Positions 9,960 to 19,700 of a stretch of 64,000 bases of DNA are shown here, piece after piece. The stretch is from a virus, in the IMG/VR virus record IMGVR_UViG_3300036790_000396, positions 64,001 to 128,000 of that record. One strand, written 5' to 3'. The position numbers were made by a program, and so were the translations under genes. The stretch's first letter is position 1. Every line of letters starts with the position of its first letter. The notes beneath the pieces are model-generated. The model did no database searches. It saw nothing but the letters and a program-made list of their open reading frames with translations, and was not told the DNA's origin.

Positions 9960-10471
9960 CTGACAGCATCATCTCGCAGCCGGGCGAGCCGGGCGAGCCC
10001 GACGACACCGTCGAGACCGAGTGGTGTCCCCTCGGCCAGTGGCCGTCCGACATCGCCGCGGTGCGCCGCACGATAGAGGAATGCGACGAGGTGATCCCCC
10101 TCCTGGAGAACGCCTCCGACGACTTCGCCGTCCACACGGCCCTGGACTTCGTCCGGACCGTCCGCGGGGAGGCCAAGGCCGCCCTGGCCATGGGGCTGCT
10201 GGCCATGCACCGCATCGAGCTGCCCGAGCGCGGGGACTGGAAGACGCCCCAGGAGATGATCCAGGCGAACCTCCGCAAGGTCGCTGAGGACGCGAAGGCC
10301 CGCCAGGACATCCGCCCGGAGGACGTCGGCATGAAGCAGCCGCCCGCGTCCCGTGCCCGCCTGCGCTCCAGCCTCGGAAGTAACGGAGGCGATGGCGATG
10401 GCAGGGATCACGGGCAACCTCGACACGGACACGGTGTGCCCGGCATGCCACCTTCCGGTCCCTCTCGGTGA
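9953..10471 (+). CDS. Hypothetical protein
   Basis: Operon continuity, codon bias. Confidence 0.55.
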   Translation: MVTDSIISQPGEPGEPDDTVETEWCPLGQWPSDIAAVRRTIEECDEVIPLLENASDDFAVHTALDFVRTVRGEAKAALAMGLLAMHRIELPERGDWKTPQEMIQANLRKVAEDAKARQDIRPEDVGMKQPPASRARLRSSLGSNGGDGDGRDHGQPRHGHGVPGMPPSGPSR

Positions 10472-10847
10472 CCCTCTTGCTTACGGGCGCCACCTGGCAT
10501 GCCAGGAGGCCCGGGTTCCCGACGGCACCGGGGACGCTGTTGCTGCCGCTGACGCTGCCCTCGGCCGCGGCGGCCGGGTCAGCATCTCCAAGACCCACCT
10601 GCGCGCTCTCGCCCTGGCAGCATCGGTCTCCCCGGTGCGCCATCCCGACAGGGGCACCCGGGGAGTGAAATGGTACGGGCGGCTGCCCGGGTGGTCAGCC
10701 GCCCGCGTGGAGCAGGGCCTTGCCCTGGATGAGGTCGCCGGCATGTGGCTCGACGCCCTCGACACCGGCCGCACCCCGCCCGTCAGCCACGGGCACCTCC
10801 GCATGATCGCGGAGGCGGCCCGCATGGCGCTAGCTGCCCCCGCCTGA
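10398..10847 (+). CDS. Hypothetical protein with CxxC...HxxC
   Basis: GGAGG RBS; CPACH motif. Confidence 0.5.
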   Translation: MAGITGNLDTDTVCPACHLPVPLGDPLAYGRHLACQEARVPDGTGDAVAAADAALGRGGRVSISKTHLRALALAASVSPVRHPDRGTRGVKWYGRLPGWSAARVEQGLALDEVAGMWLDALDTGRTPPVSHGHLRMIAEAARMALAAPA

Positions 10848-11369
10848 CTCAGCTTCCGCGATGTGCGCCGCGATTGCGGGCAGCACGTCCGACCGGAACC
10901 ACTCGCCTGCTTTCTTCCCGCTGCGGCCCAGGTCTTCGAGCCCCTCGAACTGCCGGCGGATCTCGCCGGTGAACTCGTTGCGCCAGCACCACGGGACATC
11001 CCCCTGGCTGAGCCACTGCCCGAACTGGGCGACGAGGCGCGCGTGCAGGTCCCCGCATCCGCCTTCCGGGCCCTGGTAGCCGTAGCCGGTATCGATGCTG
11101 ACGCTGATCCAGCAGGGAGGATCAGGCTCGCAGCTGCTGTCCTCGCCGGACACGGCGACGGCCCCGGCGGCTGTGTACGGCTTCTCCCCCTGCGGGTCCC
11201 CGTAGGTGATCACCCACGCGCTGAATCCCTGCCCTGGCTCGTTAACCAGGCCGTCGGGATCCTCCCGGACCTTCGCAGTCTCCGGGATGCCGGCCAGCTC
11301 GTTCATCTTCGCGTGGGCGGCACGGATGCTCACCTTGTCCTGCACGTAGATCTTGGTAGACAGTGTCAT
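10830..11369 (-). CDS. Hypothetical actinophage protein
   Basis: RBS GGAGAAGG; DTGYGY..GC..LHA.LV...G.WL...W.W.NEF motif. Confidence 0.7.
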   Translation of the reverse strand: MTLSTKIYVQDKVSIRAAHAKMNELAGIPETAKVREDPDGLVNEPGQGFSAWVITYGDPQGEKPYTAAGAVAVSGEDSSCEPDPPCWISVSIDTGYGYQGPEGGCGDLHARLVAQFGQWLSQGDVPWCWRNEFTGEIRRQFEGLEDLGRSGKKAGEWFRSDVLPAIAAHIAEAESGGGS

Positions 11370-11812
11370 GATCGTGTTCCTTCTCCGGTGATGCGGGGGA
11401 TCCGGCGCACCGTGGCGACCGCCGAGTGCTCCCGGAACCGCCAGCCGTCTGCGTGCTCGAAGCCGCCGGCGGCGAGCAGGGCGTCCAGGTCGGACCGCGG
11501 GCTGGACGCGGCTCCGCCGCCTTCCGGTGCCTGCGACCTGGTGTAGGCGAGCCTGCCGTCAGTGTCGGTGATGTCAATCTTGCGGTAGAGGGGGTGCTCC
11601 GTGAAGTACCCGAACGCCTGCAGGGGACGGTCGGCCCTCGCAGCGGCGCGCTTGTCCAGGGCCGCGATCAGCGCCATGGTGAACTCCGGGCGCCAGCCCT
11701 CGAACGCGGTCTCGTATTCCTCCTCGATGTAAGCGAGGACGGGCATGTTTCTTTCCTGCGCCTCGCTGATGAGGAAATCGGCGGAGGCGCCTTCCGGGAT
11801 GCTTCCGGTCAT
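11366..11812 (-). CDS. Hypothetical protein
   Basis: AAGGA RBS; coupled to the next gene. Confidence 0.55.
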   Translation of the reverse strand: MTGSIPEGASADFLISEAQERNMPVLAYIEEEYETAFEGWRPEFTMALIAALDKRAAARADRPLQAFGYFTEHPLYRKIDITDTDGRLAYTRSQAPEGGGAASSPRSDLDALLAAGGFEHADGWRFREHSAVATVRRIPRITGEGTRS

Positions 11813-11822
11813 GAGGGGGTCC

Positions 11823-12374
11823 TTACCGTGAGACCGTGGGAACGGGAATGTCGGGCGATATCTCCCGGCCGCCGCCGTCACCCCAGCGGCACCACGGGCA
11901 CCAGGGCTGCAGGCGCTTGTGGATCTCGGTGATCACGACGGAAGAGAAAGAGCAGGCGAACATGACCGCGAGGCCGATGCTGTCGGCCCGGTGATCTTTC
12001 ACGAGAAAGAGGAACACGAGCCATGCGGCGGTTACCGGGACCGGGAAAAAGCGCCAGCGGGAATGAGAGAACCGGAGCGCCCACCGCCGCCGGGAAGCTT
12101 TCTCCTGGGCGTTAACCGGAAGCTTTCTCAGGCAGCGCTCGCACAGCCGGCGCGAGTGCGCGAAGACATCAGCGAACATGGATGCCAGGAACGCGTAGAG
12201 CACGACGTCGCCGGGGATGTAGAAAGGGCTCGCGGAACTGAGGGGAAGGACCGCCTGCACGACGACGACGGCAAATCCCGCTGCCATGAAGCCCGGGCAG
12301 TAATGGCCGCCCCACATCAGGAGCCGGTCCAGCCAGGGGGGAAGCTCGCGGCCTCCCGGTGCCAGCACGGGCAT
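11823..12374 (-). CDS. Membrane protein with Zn-binding motifs
   Basis: Several TM helices; LCERC and H..LQPWCPWC. Confidence 0.65.
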   Translation of the reverse strand: MPVLAPGGRELPPWLDRLLMWGGHYCPGFMAAGFAVVVVQAVLPLSSASPFYIPGDVVLYAFLASMFADVFAHSRRLCERCLRKLPVNAQEKASRRRWALRFSHSRWRFFPVPVTAAWLVFLFLVKDHRADSIGLAVMFACSFSSVVITEIHKRLQPWCPWCRWGDGGGREISPDIPVPTVSR

Positions 12375-12646
12375 CAGCGGTTTCCTTTCCTCAGTCTCGC
12401 GATGATCTCCCGGCCCTCATCCGTGAGGCGGTCCGTGAAGACCAGGATTCCCCGGCGCTCGGTCAGGCCACCCCTTTCCAGGCGCTGCAGCAGCGTCATG
12501 GCTGCCATCGGCCCGATGACGGCATCTCCCCTGTCGTGCTTCATCGAGCGCACGAGAACGGTTTCTTCCTCGCCCTCGCTGCGGGCGACGGCGCGGAGCG
12601 CCTGGAGCATCCTGGCCGTGATGACGGTCCCGTTGCGGCTTCTCAC
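12374..12646 (-). CDS. Winged-helix-like hypothetical protein
   Basis: LQRLERGGL...LTDEGR; GTGA overlap. Confidence 0.5.
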   Translation of the reverse strand: MRSRNGTVITARMLQALRAVARSEGEEETVLVRSMKHDRGDAVIGPMAAMTLLQRLERGGLTERRGILVFTDRLTDEGREIIARLRKGNR

Positions 12647-12870
12647 AGCGCTACCCGCACGATCCGCGTCTTCACCCAGTACCAGCCGTCGAAGTTCCAC
12701 TCGACCTGGCCGCCGGCGCAGTGGTACCGCTCGTGCGCCTGCGCCTTCAGCTGCACCTGGCGGATCGTCTCGTCCGGTCGCGTGTCGCCCGACCGCAGCA
12801 GGTGCTCGCGCAGCTCCCCGCGCGTGAGGCGCACCAGGTGATCCTCCGGCACGCTGATGGTGCTTCCCAT
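12643..12870 (-). CDS. Hypothetical protein
   Basis: AAGGAG RBS. Confidence 0.5.
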   Translation of the reverse strand: MGSTISVPEDHLVRLTRGELREHLLRSGDTRPDETIRQVQLKAQAHERYHCAGGQVEWNFDGWYWVKTRIVRVAL

Positions 12871-13065
12871 TACTTCTCCTTCAGGATGCGGTCGCTCAGC
12901 CGGCTGAACACCATCATGGCGAGGGTGCCGCCCGCAGCGACAAGAGCGAGGACGGCGAGGATGCGCGCGCTTCCTTCCCTTTTACTGTACCAATGTTTAT
13001 TGATAAAAGCTAGTCATTGCCGAAGCCGCCCCGGAAGGACAGAAGACCACCGTGAGGGAGAACGC

Positions 13066-14574
13066 ATGGACGAGCAGCGCGGCGCCCTGCTCCGGGCTAT
13101 CACCGCGGCGCGCACCGGGGGCGATCAGGCCGCAGCCGTCGCTGCCCTCGACCGGCATGACCGGATGCAGCGCCAGGCGGCAGCCGGAGACCGGGAGCTT
13201 GACCTTTCCGCGACCGCTGTCAGGCAGGCGCTGGCCCCGGTCGCGGTGCACGAGCACCACACCGCCGCCACCGACTGGCTCGGCGAGATCCCCGAGCCGT
13301 CCCCGGACTTCCGGACGGCGATGATCGCCCAGGCCGGCTCCTGGTACCGCAGTGTCCCCGCCGAGGTCCGCGCCGACGGCGAGGAGTTCGCCGAGCAGGC
13401 GCGGCTGCGCGCCTACACCGCCGCCTCCTCCTACGGCGACGCCGCGCTCCCGGCCCGGCGCGAGTTCCTGCAGGCGGTCGGCTACCTGTCCCGCGGCGCC
13501 GCATCGGGCCTCCCGCAGGTCGACCAGGTCATCGACCCGAACAACCAGCCGTCCCCCACGCCGTACCCGACCGAGGTCTTCGACAACTTCGCGCCGCAGC
13601 AGAACGATTTCAACGCGCCGGTGGAGTCGCCGGACCACCAGAGCCAGGTTTCCAGCGAGCAGGCCCCCATGCTGCAGCAGGTCCAGCAGCAGGACGGGTC
13701 CGGATCCGGGTTCGGCAGCGGCCCCGAGCTGCCCGACCAGCACGACACGGCGATGGACACCCAGTACGGCTACGCCGAGGTGCCGCTGGGCCCTCCCGGC
13801 GTCATCCCCACCGTCCCCGCGGCCACCGATCAGGGCGGCGCGATGCCGCAGGGCCAGAGCACTCCCAACCCCGTCGCCGGGTCGGACCAGGTCGCCGATG
13901 CGGAGCCTCTCGATGACGAGGACGTGCAGCCGGGAGCCCGGAGCGCGTCGCTGACGCCCCCGGACTGGCAGGGGTACCGCTGGCGCACCGCCATGGCGCA
14001 GCCGCCGCTGGACGCCCCCTGGCACGCGCGCTGCGGCTCCCTGCACTGGCCCACGGACCCGTGCGGGAGCCAGGGGCACACCGCCGCCGTCTCCTGGGCG
14101 CAGACCGCCGAGACGTTCGCCCGGACCGCCTCCCTCCAGGCAGGGGGCTTCGCGGAGGGCACGCAGGTGATGGCCGCCGCCCGGATGAGCGTCCCCGCCG
14201 TCGCCTCGCACCACAACCAGCTCCTGGGCGCCTTCACCGCCGCCGCCCGCACCGAGGACGAGGTCCACTGGCTGCACGGCTACCTCGCCGCCGTCCGCCC
14301 CCTCCTCGCCTCGGCCGGCAAGTGCTCCGGCTGCGGCGGCTCCTGCCGCCAGGACCAGGACAAGTGCGAGGCCTGCCGGCAGAAGGAGAAGACCGCTTCC
14401 CTCCGCGCGCTCGCCAACCAGTACATCAAGCAGCGCGGGGACAAATGGGTCATCCTGCAGAAGGGCACCGGCAAGGTCCTCTCCCACCATGACTCGCAGG
14501 AGAAGGCGGAGGCCAGCTTCCGTGCCATGATGCAGTCCAAGCACGGCTCCCGGGGGCGCCTGGATTTTCAGTAG
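13066..14574 (+). CDS. Putative virion head protein (modular); probably extended by a -1 frameshift to 15101
   Basis: GAGGGAG RBS; acidic P/Q-rich segments; RTAS/KTAS junctions; ends at slippery G GAT TTT. Confidence 0.65.
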   Translation: MDEQRGALLRAITAARTGGDQAAAVAALDRHDRMQRQAAAGDRELDLSATAVRQALAPVAVHEHHTAATDWLGEIPEPSPDFRTAMIAQAGSWYRSVPAEVRADGEEFAEQARLRAYTAASSYGDAALPARREFLQAVGYLSRGAASGLPQVDQVIDPNNQPSPTPYPTEVFDNFAPQQNDFNAPVESPDHQSQVSSEQAPMLQQVQQQDGSGSGFGSGPELPDQHDTAMDTQYGYAEVPLGPPGVIPTVPAATDQGGAMPQGQSTPNPVAGSDQVADAEPLDDEDVQPGARSASLTPPDWQGYRWRTAMAQPPLDAPWHARCGSLHWPTDPCGSQGHTAAVSWAQTAETFARTASLQAGGFAEGTQVMAAARMSVPAVASHHNQLLGAFTAAARTEDEVHWLHGYLAAVRPLLASAGKCSGCGGSCRQDQDKCEACRQKEKTASLRALANQYIKQRGDKWVILQKGTGKVLSHHDSQEKAEASFRAMMQSKHGSRGRLDFQ

Positions 14575-14603
14575 CCGCCGGATGGCAGCCCGCTGCCGCC
14601 GGC
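14562..14603 (+). other. Putative programmed -1 frameshift signal (G_GAT_TTT plus downstream hairpin)
   Basis: Heptamer at 14562-14568, 8-nt spacer, GC hairpin at 14577-14603. The -1 frame is coding-like and open to 15101 with no start codon before 14745. Confidence 0.65.
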
Positions 14604-15101
14604 CCGCTCAGCCGCGAGGCCGTCTCCCGGGAGACCGAGCATCACGTCACCCAGTACGACCCCGAACGTCTCCGCGGCCACCTGGAGAGCGAGCACTCCA
14701 GCTACGGACTGCTGGGGCGCACGGTCCCCAGCGATCCCGCAGGGATGGAGCAGGCGCACCGCAGCGCGCACGAGCGCGAGGACCCGTTCTTCGGCGCGTG
14801 GCACGGGAACACCGAGCCCGCTGACCCGCAGGACTTCACGGCGATGCACGCCGAGCACCCCGACGAGGAAGACCACTACCGCGCCTACGAGACCGGCGAG
14901 CACCAGCCCCACGGCCTCGGCGCCCACCTGCTGAACGATCACGGCTACACGCCGCAGGCGGTCGAGGAGTCCTGGAAGGGCTACGACCCGGACGAGCCCC
15001 GCGACCCGTCGCTGGGCTTCCACCGGCTGCGCGAGATGCACCGGCAGGCGCACGACTACGAGCACGACGTCTACGGCGTGAACCCCTGGAGGAGCCAGTG
15101 A
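14565..15101 (+). CDS. His-rich repeat extension (-1 frame of the 13066 gene)
   Basis: Two L..HL...H ... H...H motifs, the first upstream of the first Met; stop overlaps the next gene's start (GTGA). Confidence 0.55.
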   Translation, partial: FSVAAGWQPAAAGPLSREAVSRETEHHVTQYDPERLRGHLESEHSSYGLLGRTVPSDPAGMEQAHRSAHEREDPFFGAWHGNTEPADPQDFTAMHAEHPDEEDHYRAYETGEHQPHGLGAHLLNDHGYTPQAVEESWKGYDPDEPRDPSLGFHRLREMHRQAHDYEHDVYGVNPWRSQ

Positions 15102-17026
15102 CCGAGCCGGAGCGGTCGTTCCTGCGGCACATGAGGCAGGCGGCCAGCGAGCTGCCCCAGGTGCAGCAGGTCACCGACCCCAACAACGTCCCGACGCCGC
15201 AGGCGGACATGCTGCCGCCGGATGTCATGTTCCCCCTCGACCCGGCGTTCCAGGTCCGGTGGGAGACCGGGCCGCAGGGTGCCCGGCCCGTCCGGGCCCA
15301 GGCCGCTGCGGGCTCCAGTCCCTACCGCCCCGAGGGCGCCCCTCCCGGCTACGGCCCCGACCCGCGCCTCGTCGACACCGTTCCCGCGCTCACCCTCCCC
15401 ACCGGCGAGCCGGTCGGCGACCAGGACGGCGACCTGTGGGGCGGCCGGACCCCTCCCGGCGCCCCCGCCGTCTCCAACGCCGGCAAGGGCGCCTGGGGTG
15501 ACGGCCCGATCGCCAGCCGCCGTGTGCGCCGTACCGCGCGTACCGAGCACGCGGAATGCGGCGGCTCCGTGGAGAACGGGCGCTGCCGGAGCTGCGGGGA
15601 GGAAGCCGCCCCGTGGATGTTCGGGCAGCGCGGCAAGGCTTATACCGTGGTGCGGGGCATTGAGGCCCAGGACATCGATCCCGGTCTCAGTTCCGAGGAT
15701 GACGAGTTCCTGGGCGGCCACGGCATCCAGGCATCCCGCCGTGTGCGCCGCACTGCGGACTTCATGTCCCGGCCGCTGCAGTCGACCGACGACCTGAACG
15801 CGCCTTACAACTCGCCGCAGACGACGCCGGACCCGTTCTCCTCCAACGCGAGCCCGCAGTCCGGTGACTACCAGGCCGGGTTCTCCGAGGGCCAGCAGGA
15901 CCGCGGCCGGGGCGACGCCCCTACCTTCAGCGACAACTCCAGCCACGTCTCGCCCTACGTGCAGGGCTACGCCGCGGGCTACGGCGCCGCGCCGCCGTCC
16001 GTGCCGCAGGACGTTCCCGGTTCCGCAGGCGGTGATTCCGGCCAGGGAGTGAACGTGCAGGAGGCCCAGCGGGAATGGCAGACCGCGCAGGCCGGCCTGC
16101 GCCGCCGCGCCCATGACTTCACCGAGTCCGGGCGGGAGAACGCCGCGCATTCCCTCGGCCCGGACGACAAGCTGCCCGTCAACAGCCTGCAGGACCTGAA
16201 GAACGCGCACCGCCGTGCCCACCAGGTGGAAGGCGAGCCCGAGTCCGCCGTGGACTCCTACCTGAGCCGTCTCGACGACCAGTACGGCTACCACCCCGGG
16301 AAGGAGTCGTCGCTGCGCGTTTCCGCCGCCCTCGTCGCGCAGTCCGAGACCCGCAGCGGGGACTTCCGCAAGGGCTACCGGTTCGCGTCCCGGTGGAAGC
16401 CGGGGCAGAAGCTTGCCTCCCGCGGCCCCGCCGCGTTCGAGGCGGGGATGTATGCCGCCATGTGCGACGCTCCGGGGCCGCAGCGCAGGGCGTGGATCGG
16501 CGCCCACCAGCGCCTGTCCCGCCGGCAGCCGGATGCCGTGTGGCGCCTGGAGCGCACCCTGTCGTTCACCCGGCAGGCCGTGCGCGACAGCCAGCTGCTG
16601 AAGATGGCCCGTGACGGCTACTTCCCGCGGCTGGCCGGCGTCTCCACCGACCTGATCACGGACGGCCCCGGCACGAGTCCCGACCCGATGGGCCAGACGC
16701 CGCTGAACGGGCCCGGCACTCCGCCTCCGTCCGGCGGCGGCGAGAACCCGGCCCGTCCCGGCGGAATCCCCCCGTACCAGGGAGGGCAGCCCGTCGTCGC
16801 CGACGACGGGCTGGGGCCCGCCCAGGAGCCGCCCCACGAGAACGGCCCCTTCACGCAGACGTTCTCCGGCCGCCAGCCCGGCAACATCGACCTCGCGCCG
16901 GCGGCTCCCAACAACGCGGACGGCCCCGGCTACGAGAATCCCGGAGCCTATCCCTCGGACATGCGCCGGGCGCAGGCATTCCGGGCGCGGGTCCAGGCAT
17001 CGCTGCGGGCGCGCCAGCCGGCCTGA
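15098..17026 (+). CDS. Putative virion head protein (modular)
   Basis: RQAAS/RRTA junctions; P/G-rich; shares the LPQV.QV.DPNN motif with the 13066 gene. Confidence 0.65.
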   Translation: MTEPERSFLRHMRQAASELPQVQQVTDPNNVPTPQADMLPPDVMFPLDPAFQVRWETGPQGARPVRAQAAAGSSPYRPEGAPPGYGPDPRLVDTVPALTLPTGEPVGDQDGDLWGGRTPPGAPAVSNAGKGAWGDGPIASRRVRRTARTEHAECGGSVENGRCRSCGEEAAPWMFGQRGKAYTVVRGIEAQDIDPGLSSEDDEFLGGHGIQASRRVRRTADFMSRPLQSTDDLNAPYNSPQTTPDPFSSNASPQSGDYQAGFSEGQQDRGRGDAPTFSDNSSHVSPYVQGYAAGYGAAPPSVPQDVPGSAGGDSGQGVNVQEAQREWQTAQAGLRRRAHDFTESGRENAAHSLGPDDKLPVNSLQDLKNAHRRAHQVEGEPESAVDSYLSRLDDQYGYHPGKESSLRVSAALVAQSETRSGDFRKGYRFASRWKPGQKLASRGPAAFEAGMYAAMCDAPGPQRRAWIGAHQRLSRRQPDAVWRLERTLSFTRQAVRDSQLLKMARDGYFPRLAGVSTDLITDGPGTSPDPMGQTPLNGPGTPPPSGGGENPARPGGIPPYQGGQPVVADDGLGPAQEPPHENGPFTQTFSGRQPGNIDLAPAAPNNADGPGYENPGAYPSDMRRAQAFRARVQASLRARQPA

Positions 17027-17029
17027 CAA

Positions 17030-17065
17030 GGGAAAAGCCCCGCCGTGAAGCGGGGCTTTTCCTTT
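17030..17065. terminator. Bidirectional intrinsic terminator
   Basis: GGAAAAGCCCCGC-loop-GCGGGGCTTTTCC between convergent genes. Confidence 0.8.
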
Positions 17066-17137
17066 CGCAAGACGGGGATCTCGCATTACTGATGGGGTCT
17101 TACTGCCCTGCCAGCGTAGGACGCGGCGGGGGAATGG

Positions 17138-17668
17138 TCAAGAACGGGGCTCCCCGTCCTCACTGTGGTCCGCTATCCACTGGGCGTGCTCCGCCACGCG
17201 GGTGGCGGTCTCCAGGTCGGCCTCGCGCTGCTCCAGCTCCGCCTCCTGCCGCTTCAGGCGCGTCTCGTGCTCGCGCAGCGCGATGGCCGCCCGCGCCTGC
17301 TTCTCGTCGGCGCGGTCCCGCTGCCCCCTGACGATCAGGGCGAGGAACAGGACGAAGACGAGCCACAGCGGCCAGACGGCGCCCGTGAGCACGCTGATGC
17401 CGACCGCCTTCTCCGCGGTGTGCCCGCCGTAGCAGGAGTCCTGCTTGCCTGCCGGGACGTGGCCGTCCTGGTCGAGCCCCAGCCTTTCTATGTGCCGGGC
17501 CCATTTCTGGTCCCGGCCGCTGAATTTCCACGCGTCCTCGCGGTCGCTGCGTGCGTAATGGACCTCCCCGCACAGCGGCACCCGGCTGGGGCGCGCGGTG
17601 CCGTAGGATCTCCGTGCGATCACGGTGAACCCGGCGAGGTAGACGGCAAGGATGATGATCGCGGTCAC
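17138..17668 (-). CDS. Membrane protein with coiled coil
   Basis: AGGAGG RBS; two TM segments. Confidence 0.6.
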   Translation of the reverse strand: MTAIIILAVYLAGFTVIARRSYGTARPSRVPLCGEVHYARSDREDAWKFSGRDQKWARHIERLGLDQDGHVPAGKQDSCYGGHTAEKAVGISVLTGAVWPLWLVFVLFLALIVRGQRDRADEKQARAAIALREHETRLKRQEAELEQREADLETATRVAEHAQWIADHSEDGEPRS

Positions 17669-17916
17669 TGTTCCTCCTGAATAATCATTACGTTCCGGAT
17701 CCGCGGAGGTTCCCGTCTCTGCAGCTTCGGCGTGAACTCGCGAAGTCGTGCAGCCTCTTCCGGGTACTTCTCGTCCCATGCCTCGTGCATGGCGTGCCTG
17801 ACTGTGCAATCCTCCGCGTGAGAGCTGATCTCGCCGGAATATCCCTGCCCGCACTCCCCGCAGCAGGGATTCCCGTGCCCGTCTGCGGGCCACTCGCCCG
17901 CGACGCCGGAGTTCAT
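17665..17916 (-). CDS. Hypothetical Zn-binding protein
   Basis: CCGECG...HAEDC; coupled overlaps. Confidence 0.5.
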   Translation of the reverse strand: MNSGVAGEWPADGHGNPCCGECGQGYSGEISSHAEDCTVRHAMHEAWDEKYPEEAARLREFTPKLQRREPPRIRNVMIIQEEQ

Positions 17917-18395
17917 GCGAGCCGACGGCGCGCGGCCTCGCACAGCACCGCGTAGGCGGCGGGATTGGTCATGCCGTCCGGCAGCTGCCCGAACGGCATC
18001 GCCATCAGTGCTTTCGCCATGGCCGCCGTGTCCTCGTCGTCCAGCTCCCGCGCCCGCTCGCCGGACTTGCGGCCCTCGAACGACTTCGCGATGCGGGCGA
18101 GCCGGTCGGCGCTCCCGGCGGCGGAGTCCTCGCCGAGGGTCATGTCATCGCACGCCTCGCGGATAATGCCGTCGACCAGCTGCGCCTGCTCGCGCCCCTT
18201 GGCCGTGAGGGCCACCGGGTACCATCCGCCGCTGACGGGCCCGAGGGTGACGAGCTTGCGCTGCAGGAGCCGCTTCGCGATGACGTAGGACTGCTCTCCG
18301 GGCCTCACCCGGCTGGCGCCGTCCAGGGTCAGGACCGTCAGCAGGATCTGCTCCCTGCTGCTGAGCCGCATCCTGCGTGGCTTCGTGCTGGTCAT
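17913..18395 (-). CDS. Winged-helix-like hypothetical protein
   Basis: GAGGAG RBS; LTAKGRE motif; promoter upstream. Confidence 0.6.
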   Translation of the reverse strand: MTSTKPRRMRLSSREQILLTVLTLDGASRVRPGEQSYVIAKRLLQRKLVTLGPVSGGWYPVALTAKGREQAQLVDGIIREACDDMTLGEDSAAGSADRLARIAKSFEGRKSGERARELDDEDTAAMAKALMAMPFGQLPDGMTNPAAYAVLCEAARRRLA

Positions 18396-18424
18396 CGGGG
18401 TCTCCTCTGCTCAGTGCCTGTAGC

Positions 18425-18457
18425 TTGACAATATCAATAAACCTTGCTATCTACAAG
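18425..18457. promoter_or_regulatory. Overlapping divergent sigma70-like promoters around the TAYCAA-N6-TTGNTA motif
   Basis: Minus strand: TTGTAG-N17-TATTGT. Plus strand: TTGACA-N17-TATCTA. Confidence 0.6.
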
Positions 18458-18512
18458 AACTGCCGGTGACGAGTCCCCGGAAGGATCAGGACTGCCTGCG
18501 AGAGGGATGACC

Positions 18513-19700
18513 GTGACCGACGATTTCGGCTACTCACTTTGGACGGAGGCGTCTGCGGACCATGACGCCGAGCGGCATGCCGCGGCGCTCGACGAGGCCG
18601 GGGCGCACCTCGCGTCCGTGATGCCGTTCCTGCTGCAGGCGGAAACCGAGCGGGAGCTGGGCCACCGCCTGTCGTTCGCCGGCATGCGGCTGCGCACCAT
18701 CGAGGCGTCCACCGGCGTCCCCGTCCCCGAGCTGGAAGACATGGCCCGGCGCCACTTCGCCCTGCTCAAGGAGGCCCTCCCCGAGGGCGTCGATCCCCTC
18801 CAGCAGCTCATGCAGTCCGGGCACTCCTACGGCTCCGGCCCGGAGAAGCCCGACGAGCACGATGAGGGCCCCGACTTCTCCGGCGGCTACTCCGAGGTCC
18901 CGATGGGCTACCCCGGGGGTCCCGACCCGTCCGTCGTCACGCCGTACCTCACGCAGCCCGGTCCCGTCCAGGAGGCCACCGGGTCCCGGCACCGCCGCCA
19001 CGCCCAGGGCGGCAGTGACGTCTCCCTCGCCGAGACGCCCCCCGACACCGATACCGGATTCGGCTCCGTCGACCTCGACCCCGCCGACCAGTCCAGCACC
19101 CAGTCCGGCCGCAGCGCCACGTCCGCGCGCCGCTACGCGTCCCGCCGCTACGCGGACTCCACCGCCGGCTCGCCGGCGGGCGGCATGAGCACCGTCCCCG
19201 CAGGCGTGGGCGGCATGCCCTCCAGCCCGGACGGGTCGTCGTCCTCCCCCGCGGCGCAGCCGCTGCCGCCCCTGGACCAGACCGTCACCAGCCAGGGACC
19301 CGACACCAGCTTCGACCTCACCCCGACGCCCAGTGCCGGCGCGACGTCCGGCACCGACTCGGGCACGTCGGCGATCACCGGCACCGGGTCGCGCCGCGAC
19401 CCTGTCGCCGCGCAGATCCGCGCGGTGGCCAGCTCCGTGGCGGTGTCCAACCCGCAGCTCCCCGCCAGCGAGTGCCGCCGCGTGGCGCGCCGCGTGGTCG
19501 GCGGCTACCTGCGCCGCGCCGACCTGGACAGCTCCGTCATGTCGGATGATCCCGGTGACGGGGACGGCCCCGCAGGCGGCGCCGCCCCCCAGGGCGGCGG
19601 TGGCAACGCCGTGGAGCACGGCGCGGAGTTCCAGGTCGGCAAGTCGGTGGCCCGCGGCCTGATGGGCGGCGCCGAGGATGCCGCCGCGGCGGCCTTCTAG
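18513..19700 (+). CDS. Putative virion head protein
   Basis: GAGAGGG RBS; shares GSGPE.PD.HD...GY.EVP.G motif with the 13066 gene; RRYA/RRA junctions. Confidence 0.6.
   Translation: MTDDFGYSLWTEASADHDAERHAAALDEAGAHLASVMPFLLQAETERELGHRLSFAGMRLRTIEASTGVPVPELEDMARRHFALLKEALPEGVDPLQQLMQSGHSYGSGPEKPDEHDEGPDFSGGYSEVPMGYPGGPDPSVVTPYLTQPGPVQEATGSRHRRHAQGGSDVSLAETPPDTDTGFGSVDLDPADQSSTQSGRSATSARRYASRRYADSTAGSPAGGMSTVPAGVGGMPSSPDGSSSSPAAQPLPPLDQTVTSQGPDTSFDLTPTPSAGATSGTDSGTSAITGTGSRRDPVAAQIRAVASSVAVSNPQLPASECRRVARRVVGGYLRRADLDSSVMSDDPGDGDGPAGGAAPQGGGGNAVEHGAEFQVGKSVARGLMGGAEDAAAAAF

Noticed and set aside
12870-12975. Small hydrophobic minus-strand frame downstream of the 12988 promoter
   Set aside because: No start codon at the expected position after the RBS-like sequence, so it cannot be supported as a gene.
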